64,000 nucleotides of DNA, taken from contig MU053493.1 in NCBI GenBank assembly GCA_013239625.1, positions 1,931,793 to 1,995,792 of the forward strand, read 5' to 3'. Below the pieces are notes generated by a model. The model had not been told where the DNA came from, did no database searches, and worked only from the letters and a program-made list of their open reading frames with translations. Made by a program: the position numbers and the translations under genes. The DNA is from Lama guanicoe. Taxonomy: Eukaryota. Below, piece by piece: positions 25,245 through 36,075 of the stretch; the stretch's first letter is position 1, and each line of letters starts with the position of its first letter.

Positions 25245-26012
25245 TTTTTTTTTAATTGAAGTATAGTCAGTTTACAATGTGTATCAATTTCTGGTGTACA
25301 GCATCATGTTTCAGTCATACATGTACATACATATATTCCTTTTCATATTCTTTTTCATTATAGGTTACTACAAGGTATTGAATATAGTTCCCTGTGCTAC
25401 ACAGTATAAACTTGTTATTTATCTGTTTTCTATATAGTAGTTAGTATCTGCAAACCTTGAACTCTCAATTTATCCCTTCCCACCCTCTTTCCCTCTTGGT
25501 AACCATAAGTTTGTTTTCTATGTCTGTGAGTCTGTTTCTGTTTTGTAGATAAGTTCATTTGTGTCTTTTTTTTAATTCCACATAAAAGTGACATCACATG
25601 GCATTTTTCTTTCTCTGTCTGGTTTACTTCACTTAGTATGACCATCTCTAAGTCCATCCATGTTGCTGCAGATGGCATTATTTTATTCTTTTTTATGGTT
25701 GAGTAGTATGCCATTGTGTATATTTATATTAATATATATATGTATTTTTAATTTATATACATCACATCTTCTTTACCCAGTCCTCTGTCAATGGACATTT
25801 AGGTTGCTTCCATGTCTTGGTTATTGTAAATAGTGCTGCTATGAACATTGGGGTACATGTATCTTTTCGAATTAGAGTTTTCTCTGAATATGTGCCGAGG
25901 AGTGGGATTGCTGGATCATATGGTAAATCTGTTTTTAGTTTTTTTGAGGAATCACCATACTGTTTTCCATAATGGCTGCACCAAACTACATTCCCACCAA
26001 CAGTGTAGAAGG
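25245..26012 (-). mobile_element. Lineage-specific L1 3' fragment
   Basis: ORFs 25430-25714 and 25762-26016 (-) encode the ORF2p C-terminus ([12 protein letters not shown]...TWKQPKCP). Confidence 0.92.
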
Positions 26013-26110
26013 TCAAACCCTTTATTCTTTACATTTGAAGATTTAGCCTGCCTGAAAAGCATATACATGTAAAGTAGGGTGCAGCTTAGTTTTCTCCCAA
26101 ATGGTCACCC

Positions 26111-26252
26111 CAGTGGTTTTCAAACTTGGCTGCACATTAAAACCCTTGATGCTGGGTCACAGCTTATACCAGTGAACTTGGGGTATCAGATGTACGCACT
26201 TGTAAAAATTACCCAGGTGATTCCAACATGCAGCAGATTCTGAGAACCACCA
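26111..26252. mobile_element. MER5A-like MITE
   Basis: cagtggttttcaaacttggctgcacatt...cccaggtgattccaacatgcagc...gagaaccacc. Confidence 0.8.
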
Positions 26253-28408
26253 GTTCACCCAAGTACCCCTCACAGAATAGAATATTCTTTTCCCCATGCC
26301 TTAGATGGCCAACCATACTGGTTTCAGCACTGAAAATTGTGTATCCCAGGAAGTAGTGCTCAGTTCCAGCAAACCAGGACAGCTGGTCACCCTAGACTCA
26401 ATTCTTTCATAAGCATAGGTCTGTTTCTGGACTTTCTAATCTGTGTCATTTCTATCTGGCCAGCAACACTACCACACCACTTTGATTTCTGTGACTTTAG
26501 AGTATATTTAAATGCTTAATAATACAGGTTCTGCCACATTTTTATTTTTTAGCTCTTTCCCAACTATTTTTCCCAAATTGTTTCTTCTAAATGAACATCG
26601 GAATTATTGCATCAAAGTTTCCCCAATAATTCCATTGAGACTTTGGCTGGGACAGCCTTAAATGACAGGTTACTTGGGGAACTTATTTATAGGATCAAGG
26701 TCTGCTCTATGCTACTGTTTCTACATACTTTAGTCCTTAAGTCTTATATTGGCTTATACAGTGTTGTATATAGGTGTGGATGTGCATATGTCTCTTTGTA
26801 ATACAGATTTTATCCCCCAAATGATACAGAACTTGAAGTTAGATGGTAAGAGGTACTGTGTACCTTGGTTTGTTCTTTGACAAGGATGTGAATACCTGCA
26901 GGGTTCACAACCTGGTGTCTGGCCTTGGGGAGACTCAGAGATGCCACAGAAGTGGTGTCACTTCCCCAGGAATTGGGCGTAAGTGCTCACATCCCCAAAA
27001 TGACTGTAGAAGATGGTGATACCACTGACAGTGACACCACACACAGAGCAGGTGACCGTGGACGTGGACCAGCATCTCACATGGGATAGGCTTTCAAACA
27101 GGCACTAGTAAACGCATGCAGAGAGGTGATGTAAACCTCCACTGGCACAAGTGATATGAAAAGAGATCAAACAAATAATTTAATAGGTACACTATCTAAA
27201 TTTACAGTATCTCATTCACTGGCTTTACCTGGTGTAGCACTGCACATGAGAAAGCAGGTTTATTTCTCCGTGCTCACCACTGGCCCCATTGACTCCCTGC
27301 CATCTTGTCTTCCAAGGCAAAAGAATCTGGCCACCCATTAGCCATTGCATTCAATACACGCTGCAGGGACCATTGTGAGGACTGCTTTCCATGGAGAGCA
27401 TGTCCAAAAGAATGTGGTTGCCAACTCCCTCCTGTCATTCCTACAGCAGGTAGTGTGTCCCTTGGGGTTGGGTCTCTTCTGTGAATGTGGGAAATCTGTT
27501 TTTAAATGATGCTTACTACTGTTGATGCATCCTCTGGTCCCATGTATTGTAGAGACCACTGAACACCTCGCTCTCTGCCTGGGAACAGATCTCTGGAATG
27601 GTCCCATCAGTTTCAGAGTTTGGGACTGGGGTGACTTGAGTGGACGTTCAGACCCCGCAGGGCCCATCTCAGGGATAGTGTTCCTGGTGTGGGATGCATT
27701 CCTAGTGGGTGGGCCACTCTGGGGAAGCACTGGGAATCTTCCAGCATCCAGCAATGCTACCAAGACTTGGCCATTCATGCATGAGCACCCCCCACTTTCT
27801 CCAGAGGACCAGAACAGTATTTCCACTGGCCTCCCTTCCTCCAGACTTCTGTCCTGCAGGGTCTCCTGAAGGGGCTGAAAGAGAAATCCTGTGTCACATG
27901 CCTGCTGAAAATCACCTGATGACTGACTCTACATGTTTTGTGGGATAAAACAGCGTCCTAAGCAGTAGGGATGTGGGTCTGAGCCCGTGGGATCTGTGCA
28001 GTGCCCCATGGTACACTGACCTGCCTCCCGTAAGCAGCAGCTGCGTCCTTTGCACTGTCCTGTGGCCCAGCAGCATCCGGAAGAGGGGCGGGGTCAAGCT
28101 CACCTGGGAGGGGCACTTAAGATAGGCTTTGAGGAGTAATAGATTTAGACTCGGAAGGTGTAGGACACCTTATCATTGGCTTCATCGTGTCTTTGGAATG
28201 AAAGCTGCTTCTTTTTATTTTTGAGAACAAATAACCTGACCAATGGTCTTGGACGCCTCGGCTACCAACTCAGTGGGCATTTTTAAGAAGTCATGAGTGA
28301 GCAGTGAGTTGGGGGGAAGAAGCCATTACCCGCCTTTCCTCCAGCCCTGTGTGTCCTCCCTTCTCTGTGGCCGGGGTGTGCGTTGGTCCCGAGCATGAGT
28401 CCGCTGGA

Positions 28409-28467
28409 GGGGGCGGGTGTGACGTCATTGGGGGCGGGTGTGACATCATTGGCACAGGTGTGCGTCA
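28409..28467. promoter_or_regulatory. Tandem 21-bp duplication carrying GC-box, CRE and inverted CCAAT motifs
   Basis: GGGGGCGGGTGTGACGTCATT (28409-28429) followed by GGGGGCGGGTGTGACATCATT (28430-28450), then TGCGTCA at 28461-28467. Confidence 0.5.
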
Positions 28468-28597
28468 GCATCGCTCTGGGGTGAAACGCAGCAGCGGGGC
28501 CGCTCCCCGGCGTGATTCTCGAGGCTGGCTGTGCCCGACGGGGTTCTGACTCTGCTCTCTTCTCCTCCCTCCCCGCAGTGGCTGCCTCCTGGTGACG

Positions 28598-28609
28598 ATG
28601 GCCGCGTGA
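28598..28609 (+). other. Micro-uORF (M-A-A-stop) in the APBA2 5' UTR
   Basis: acgATGGCCGCGTGA, with A at -3 and G at +4, ending 9 nt before the main ATG. Confidence 0.7.
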
Positions 28610-28618
28610 GCGCCTGCC

Positions 28619-29569
28619 ATGGCCAACCGGACGCGTCAGAGCACGGCGAGCAGCATGCTGGACCACAGGGCGAGGCCGGGGCCTGGCCCGCACGGCCAGG
28701 AGCCCGAGAGCGAGGACGCCGAGCTGCCCCTGGAGGAGTATGCGCCCCCGGGCCTGGAGCCGCCCGCCCTGCGGCCCGAGAGCCCCGCGCCCGCCGAGCC
28801 GGGCGGCCACGACCACAGCCCCGACGGGGACTCAAGCTCCGACTACGTGAACAACACCTCCGAGGAGGAGGATTATGACGAGGGCCTCCCCGAGGAGGAG
28901 GAGGGCATCACCTACTACATCCGCTACTGCCCCGAGGACGACAGCTACCTGGAGGGCATGGACTGCAACGGCGAGGGCTACCTGGCCCACGGCGCGCGCC
29001 ACCTGGAGACGGACGAGTGCCAGGAGGCGGTGGAGGAGTGGACGGACTCGGCAGGCCCGCACCCGCACGGCAGCCCGGACTACCGGGACGGCCGCCTCCC
29101 CATCCCGGAGGACGAGTCCTCCGTCCTGGAGGCCCAGGACCAGGAAGAGGGCGTCCACTACTGTGCCAGCGAAGAGGGCTACCCGGACTACTACCCCACG
29201 GAGGCCAACGGGAACGCGGGCGGCGCCTCCCCCTATCGCCCGAGGCGGGGGGATGGGGACCTGGAGGACCAGGAGGAGGACATCGACCAGATCGTGGCCG
29301 AGATCAAGATGAGCTTGAGTATGACCAGCATCGCCAGCGCCGGCGAGGCCAGCCCCGAGCACGCGCCTGCCCGGGGGCCCGAGCCAGGGCCGGGGGACTC
29401 CGCGGAGGCCGGCCCGCCCGGCGAGGCCAGCTGCGGCCCCAGCAGACATGAGGGAAGGCCCAAGTGTCTGAACCTCCCTCCTGAGGCCAAGCACTCTGGA
29501 GACCCCCAGAGAAGCTTCAAGACCAAGACCAGGACTCCGGAGGAGAGGCCAAAGTGGCCCCAAGAGCAG
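28619..29569 (+). CDS. APBA2: APBA2 (Mint2/X11-beta) first coding exon, codons 1-317 (exon 28579-29569); acidic N-terminal region including the Munc18-binding motif
   Basis: Translation contains [52 protein letters not shown] and [20 protein letters not shown], recognised as APBA2. Acceptor is polypyrimidine+ccccgcag|TG at 28578/28579, branch-like CTGAC at 28546-28550, Kozak gccATGG, donor CAG|GTAGGA at 29569/29570. Coding part is 951 nt, phase 0. Confidence 0.97.
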
Positions 29570-29691
29570 GTAGGATTCTGGCTGTCCTCAGAGAATGGGA
29601 TGGAGGAGCCCAGAGAACAAAGGGTGTGCTGGTGTCACCCACAGATCAGAATGAATGCTCAGTTCTCCATCCGCTCCATTACGCGTGGACT

Positions 29692-29868
29692 TTCTTGTTG
29701 TTGTTTTTTTGTTTTTTGTTTTTATTTAAATATTTTATTTTATTTATTTTTTGTTTTGGGAGGAGGTAATTATTTATTTACTTATTTATTTAACAGAGGT
29801 ACTGGGGACTGAAGTCAGGACCTCCTGCATGCTAAGCATGCGCTCCGCCACTGAGCTATACCCTCTCC
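29692..29868 (-). mobile_element. vic-1-like SINE, about 120 nt downstream of the APBA2 donor site
   Basis: ggaggtaattattta...gaggtactgggg...catgctaagcatgcgctccgccactgagctataccc. Confidence 0.92.
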
Positions 29869-30511
29869 TGGTGTGTGGACATTTTGGTCACTCACCTTCA
29901 CCCATCAGATGCATCAGGAAATGCCAAGAACATCTTGTTGAAGGTTGATTGGCAAATAAGGCTTCCAGAAGACACTCCAGCCCATCCAGAGGAGGCTGGG
30001 TCCTTAGCCTGCCTGCACTGAATCTGCTCATAGAGGGAGGGATGTCCCTGTGACCGCTCCCCCACCTGGTGGTTTCTTCAGGTTGGCAGGGCATCAGCAA
30101 GGATGTGGGGTCGCTGGCCAGTGCAGAGAGCTGCAGCCAATGGTTGAGGGCTGCCCTGCGGGGAGGAACAGCGGACCTGAGTGCATTTCACAGGGGCACA
30201 CATCTCTGATAGCCTCCGGGGGCTTGGCACAATGGGCAATTAGCTGTAAGTAAATCTTTTGAAAATAATTATTTGAAGGTTTGACAAAGTCTTGGAGAAG
30301 AAATACATGCTAATGAGACCAATGGACTTAAGCATACTGTATTTTCTTGTAATTCTAGCCACATTAGTGGGTTTTCTAATGAACACTTTGGAAAAGCTGC
30401 CTTTCAAAAAAATCCCACATGTCTAGATACAGAAGATGTGAGAATTAGATGCACATAAAGGAACTTCTATTTGGCTAATTCTATGGACAAATGAGAATGA
30501 ACTGCTTTCAT

Positions 30512-30660
30512 ATTTTTAACACCTTTATTGTGGTATGATTCCTGTACAGTAAACTATATGTATTTCAGATGTATAATTTGATGAATTTTGGTAGATGTAT
30601 ATACACCAGTGAAACCACCACCACAATCAAGATAGGTAACATTTCCTTCACTCCCCAAGA
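30512..30660 (-). mobile_element. L1MC-like 3' terminal fragment
   Basis: tttaacacctttattg...accaccacaatcaagatagg taacatttcc. Confidence 0.7.
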
Positions 30661-31639
30661 GGTGCAAATTTCAAAATTTGCTTTTGTATTTTTTAAAGCT
30701 TTAATTAATATACCTTTTTTTTCCAGAAGAATTTATTTGAAATATATATATATAATGAGAGCTTGAGTTTGGGCAGTAAGTCTTATGGACTCACTATTAA
30801 ATTTCCAGAACTTTCTTTTGATGCCTTTTGTTTTTTAAAAGGTTGTTAAGTGTAAGTTGACTTCTATTTTGGGGTGTCCCTGTCATTCGAGTCAGTTCTG
30901 CAGGTGCCGGGGTTGGGGCTTTGGGATGTCAAGAAACTGGTCTTGTGCAGTTGAGGGAGCTCCCCCCAAGGGCAGGAGACTCTGGGCTCAAGATCTAGGC
31001 TTCAGGATGAAATGCCACCCTCCCTCTGCGCAGAGCTGGACTCACACCCAGTGGTGACGATGCCCAGGGAGTGGACAAGACCTCGTGTTTTGCTTTACTG
31101 TAACCAGAAGCCAGTTTGAGTGAACTCCGAGCTTTGGGTTGAAGGACAGGGGGGTTGAATGAATGGGTGGTGGAGTTGCTTTCACAGGGCAGGTGGAGGT
31201 AGGGGGACCCAGGAGGAGGTCTGTTCTTCGGAGACATGGCATTGGGTGGGGGAGCACGTACTTGCTCTCCCTAAATAGAGTGTCTCCTAGAAGCAGGTGC
31301 TTTTATCTAAGATGGTGGAAGAGCTCATTTATGCTGGGTAATTATCACATAGCTTTTTTGGCTTTATTCCCTTATTAATTTGAAAATTAATTCCATCAAG
31401 GGAGACCCTGGCAGTTCCTAGCTCAGGGTGGACCAGGCCTCCCAGTGAAAATGGACTTCTCTTAAGGGCTCTGCCTTGCCTGGGTCATCATGTCCTATAG
31501 ACCCGCACGACCCGTTCTAGACGAGGGACTCTGAAATTTGACCATGGAGCCACTAATGGTGATAGGAACCATTAATTTTTTTAAAATTTGAACATTGACT
31601 GCATATTCGATAATACTGAATTTTATCAACTTAGAACAT

Positions 31640-32620
31640 TTTAAAAACTGTAATAAAATATACAGAGTATAAAAATTTCCATTTAACTATCTTTAAGTAT
31701 ACAGTTGAGTGGCATTGAATACATTCACATTATTGTCCAACCTTCACTACCATCTTCTACCTCCAGAACATTTTTCGTCTTGCAAAACTGAAACTCTGTC
31801 CCTGTTACACGTGAATTCTCCATTCTCCTGGTCCCCCAGTTCTTGGCACCCACCATTCTACTTCTTGTCTCTGAGGGTTTGACTACTCTAGGTCCTGCAT
31901 ATAAGTGGAATCATATAGTATTCGTTCTTTGGTGACTGGCTTATTTCACTTAGCATAATATCTTCACGGTTCATCCATGTTGTAGCCTGGGTCAGAATTG
32001 TCTTTTTTTTAAGGCAGAGTCATATTCCCTTGTACCAATGGAACCTCATTTTGCTTATCCATTCATCTGTCAATGGAAACTTGGGTTGTTTGTTTCCACC
32101 TCTTGGCTATGTGTCTTCAAGATTTTGCTTTCAGTTCTTTTGGGTACATACCCAAAAGTGGAGTTGCTGGATCATATGGTAACTGTTTTTAGTTTTTTGA
32201 GGAACGACCATATTGTTCTTTATGGTGGCCACACCATTTTACATTCCCACCACCAGTGCACAAAGGCTCCAATTTCTCCATATCCTTGCCAATACTTGCT
32301 ATCTTCTGTTTTTTTTTTAAATTATTACAATAGCCATACTAACGGATGTGAGGTGGTATCTTATTGTGGTTTTGATTTGCATTTCCTAATGATTAGTGAA
32401 GTTGAACACCTTTTCAGGTGCTTACTGGCCATTTATCTTCTTTGGAGAAATGTCTATTCAAGTCCTTTGCCCATTTTTTGAGTCTAATTTTTTTGTAGAG
32501 TTGTAGTTCTGGGTATTAATCCCTTATCAGATATATGATTCATAGTTTTACAGTTTTTTCCTCCATTCCATGATTGCCTTTTCATTCTGTTGATAGTGTC
32601 CAATGGCATATCGAAGTTTT
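31640..32620 (-). mobile_element. L1MB/L1MA-like 3' fragment
   Basis: ctgaaactctgtccc...ataagtggaatcatatag...gatttgcatttcctaatgattagtga...cccttatcagatatatgatt. Confidence 0.85.
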
Positions 32621-32624
32621 TATT

Positions 32625-32840
32625 TTTTTAATTTTTTAAATTGAAGTATAGTTGATTTACAATGTTGTGTTAGTTTCTGATGTGCAGCATAGTGATTCAG
32701 TTGTACATATGCATACTCTTTTTCATATTCATTTTCATAACAGATTATTACAAGGTATTGAATATAGTTCCCTGTGCTATCCAGTAGGACCTTGTTGTTT
32801 ATCTATTTTGTACATAGTAGTATGTATCTGCAAATCCCAA
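32625..32840 (-). mobile_element. Lineage-specific L1 3' end
   Basis: aattgaagtatagttgatttacaatgttgtgttagtttctg...tatctgcaaatccc. Confidence 0.88.
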
Positions 32841-33334
32841 GCTGATAGGAACCATCTCAAAAGCAAGATGTATGTGTGTGTGAAGGATTTTCCCTGGGAA
32901 ATTTGGTGATTTCTTGCTCCATACCACAACCTGCCTTTCTAAAAGTAATCCTTTTCTCCTCCCGGGGATGGCCAGGCTGTGTGGCCAGCAAAGTCCTGGC
33001 CTCGGACTTGTGCAGAGGGTGCCCCAGAGTCCCACACCTGCCTCCCCAGTGCTGTACACACAGGTGGTGCCGCATGGGAAATAACCTAGGGGAGAAATGG
33101 TCATAGAGGCCACTAGGTGCTTAGATGGTAGCTTTGTCAGGTGTGGTCCATGGTCCAGCAGCACTGGCGGCCCTGGACCACTGACTACAAGGCTGCGTTT
33201 TAATGAGATGGCACATTCAGGTTTGAGAAGAGATGCTGTGGAGGAGTGGAGATTTCTATTGGAGGAAAAAGTGTGGAGCATCCTTCTACTTATTTCAAAG
33301 CTTTTCAAAAGTTACATTGTGGGATGTCTTTTTA

Positions 33335-33494
33335 ATTTTTTTTTCAGTTTTTAATTTTATTTCTTTTGCGGAGGGAGATAATTAGGTTTATTTATTGATT
33401 TGTTCGTTTGTTTTTAATGGAGGGACTGGGGATTGGACCCAGGACCGCCTGCATGCTAAGCACACTCTCTACCACTGAACTATCCTCTCCTCCC
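33335..33494 (-). mobile_element. vic-1-like SINE (left member of a head-to-head pair)
   Basis: taattaggtttattt...ggactggggattggacccaggacc...ctctaccactgaactatcctctcc. Confidence 0.92.
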
Positions 33495-33522
33495 TGGATG
33501 CTTTCAAGAATGCTGAGTAGCA

Positions 33523-33630
33523 GGGGAGGATAGAGCTCAGTGGTAGAGCACGTGCTTAGCGCACGAGGTCCTGGGTTCAATCCCCAGTACCTCCATTTAA
33601 ATAAGTAAATAAAACGATTACCCACCCCCA
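33523..33630 (+). mobile_element. vic-1-like SINE (right member of a head-to-head pair)
   Basis: TSD AATGCTGA(G/A)TAGCA at 33509-33522 and 33631-33644. Confidence 0.93.
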
Positions 33631-34612
33631 AATGCTGAATAGCACTTTAGTCGACGCATGGACAGCAATATTACAGGAGAATTAGAAATGGGACTGTGCT
33701 TCCCACCCCCTAACCCACGAGCCCTTCTCATTTCCCTGCCTTACTTCTCAGGCGCTCGCTCTGTGCATAAATGCTGTCAGCGGCTGGCGTTGTAGTCCAG
33801 ATGTGATTCTGTCACCCAGCTTCGAAAATCTGACCTATTGGGAATGTGACTCCTTGTCATATAATTTTCACGATCATTCTGACCAACCTTTGAAGGTTGG
33901 GGCGATACGCCGTGTAATGTATTTGTCTGTCCGGATCCTGCCAGCGAGTGTGCAGTTGCAGGTGACGTCTTCCTTTGTACAGGAAACTCCGCGGACCCGT
34001 CTGCCCAGGCGTGTCTTCCTTGTTGGGGTTTATTACCTGCAGATAATTCCAGTGCTGCACGTGAGAGCTGCCCATCTCCCTGTGATCGTCTTGTCTGATT
34101 GTTTCTCTTCTTCTATGTATATTTGGTTGGTGTCCTCTCTCTTTGGGGGCCCCGATGCTTTCCCATTTCCCAGGAGCACCTTAGGCACCACAGAGGTTGC
34201 TTTTCACTGTAGATGTTTTTTTCTTGAGTCTCTTTTCTTTCAAAAAGGCTCCAGTTTGCAAGTAGACCTGCCTCCTGGGCCACTCAGTGGAGACCAAGAG
34301 GTGTGCACTGGGGGAAGGGTGGGGATCTCAGAGAGCCCAAAGGAGATGAACTCATGTTGCAGAAAGACAGGGTGTGATGATGGGGAGGAGAGGAGATCTG
34401 TGTGTGAGTGTTTTTAGAGGAGAAAAAAATTTTTTTTCCAAATCAGTACGTATTCATTGAGGACATTTTCGAAAATAAGGCGAAAAAATATTTTGCCACA
34501 TGGCATTGTAAAAGCCTACCATGAAGAGTTTTCCAATCAAAGAGACAAACCTCTCTTTGGAGGTCTCAGGATTTCCCAGAGCATTGCCTTAGAGGTGTTC
34601 TGTGAACAAGGT

Positions 34613-35523
34613 GTGGCTAATCCTTATCATTCATGGTTTCCATATCTGTGAATTTGCCTCCTCGCTAGAATTTATCTGTAACCTTAAAATCAATACCCAG
34701 AGCACTTCGGCAGTCCTTTGTGGACATGTGCTAACAAAACAGATTTGAGTCTGTCAACACGCCCGTTTCCCACTGAGTTTAAACAAGGAGATGCCTTCTT
34801 TTTTCAGCACATACTGTAAACAAGTGTCCTTCTCGTGGTCCTTTTTGTGCTGCTGTGTCGCATTTTTGGGCTTTTTGCTGGTGAGAAAGTGACCCCCAGC
34901 TGCAGTGCTGGAGGGCTGTCCAGGGTCCCTACACACGGGAAAGCTGCGATGTGCCTTTTGGAGAAGATACGTGTGTCAGGTGTTTCATTCGGGCATGAGC
35001 TGCAATATTTCTGGCTGTTAAGTTCGATGTTAACAAGTCAACAATACGGTACATCCAGAAAAACGAAGAAGAAACTTGCCAGTCTGTACATGGAGCTGCT
35101 CTGGAAAATGCTGCGGTTAACATCGGTTGTGTGTGATGGAGCAATAGAAGAGCAGCTAAGTTCGTGGATTTGTGAGATGAGCCCCAATTAAAAAACTTTA
35201 TATTATAAAGTTGAAAGCCAAAGAAATCGATGATCTTGTTACCCAGGGTCAGGAAAATGTTAAAGTCTTCTTAGCTGGTATTTTATGGTGAAGAAATGCT
35301 GGCTGTAGTTCATTATTTGTAAGTCATATGTATTAAAGAAAGTGTCTTTAAATAGACATATGCAGAGAACAAGGTTATGTGTTCATCAGTTGATGAAGAT
35401 GTGACCAGAGGCTGCGGGAACCTCACCCTGTATTTCCCCTGGGAGCCATGGTCCAGGATCCACTCATACTGGGTGTAGTCTACTTTATAGATCATCACTG
35501 CCACGAACAAGGGGAGTTGACTG
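34613..35523 (+). mobile_element. TcMar-Tigger element (MER82/Tigger6-like) with a transposase 5' remnant
   Basis: MER82-like text (aatttatctgtaacc...aaaatcaatac, catactgtaaacaagtgtcc); ORF 34835-35191 contains KAAMCLLEKIRV, resembling the transposase HTH start; ends ...gactg|ta. Confidence 0.75.
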
Positions 35524-35994
35524 TACTGGATTGGCGGATGAGTTTGGGAAACTCTGCTGCAAATTTTACCCTTCTCAGAGATCGCCTCCATGCTTGCACA
35601 CATGCTGCCTTCATCCCAGACTCCCAGCAACAAGGACATCCCAGTCTGGAGCCACAAGCCCTTTCTCCCTACACAGAAAAATAACCACCAAAGTTGCACA
35701 TCCTCAGGGCCGAGAGTCAGAACCTGCGACTTTCCCAGACTTGCCCCTCTAGGGCTCAGTCCTAGAATGATCACCATCAACCCAGAATGACGGTGATGGG
35801 AAAGTTGTCATCTGGGTCACCAGTGGGACCCGTGGCTTCTGAGGATTTGATGTTTCTTGTTTGGCCATTTGTGGAAAGTCCCTGGGTGACAGTAAAGGTG
35901 ACCCTGGTGTTGGTAGTGATGGCCAGCGAGCAGGGGCTTGTATGTATATGTGACCTCAGTGGATCTTGGAGCAACCAGAAGAGACAGGAACTAG

Positions 35995-36075
35995 GGTTGT
36001 TCCCATTTTACAGATGAGGCAGTAGAGACCTGTGGGGGGTAAGTACCACGCCTACAGTTCCACAGCATGAGGAGT
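35995..36075. mobile_element. MIR fragment
   Basis: Core cccattttacagatgagg. Confidence 0.6.

Larger units (their letters stand above)
28370..29450. other. CpG-rich, GC-rich island spanning the first coding exon
   Basis: Visibly dense CpG dinucleotides compared with the CpG-depleted flanks; not computed. Confidence 0.75.

Noticed and set aside
1..28578. APBA2 upstream non-coding exons
   Set aside because: None could be identified with support from sequence alone; they may lie outside the window or need transcript data.
28283..29563. Long antisense and alternative-frame ORFs over the exon (243, 177, 145, 144 aa)
   Set aside because: Expected shadows of a very GC-rich coding exon, with low-complexity R/G/P/A text and no independent gene signals.
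29570..29812. Extension of the 397-aa ORF past codon 317
   Set aside because: Read-through into intron and SINE sequence beyond a canonical GTAGGA donor; the real frame continues at 51895.
33803..34417. 204-aa ORF
   Set aside because: Non-ATG start, no recognisable homology and composition typical of random intron.
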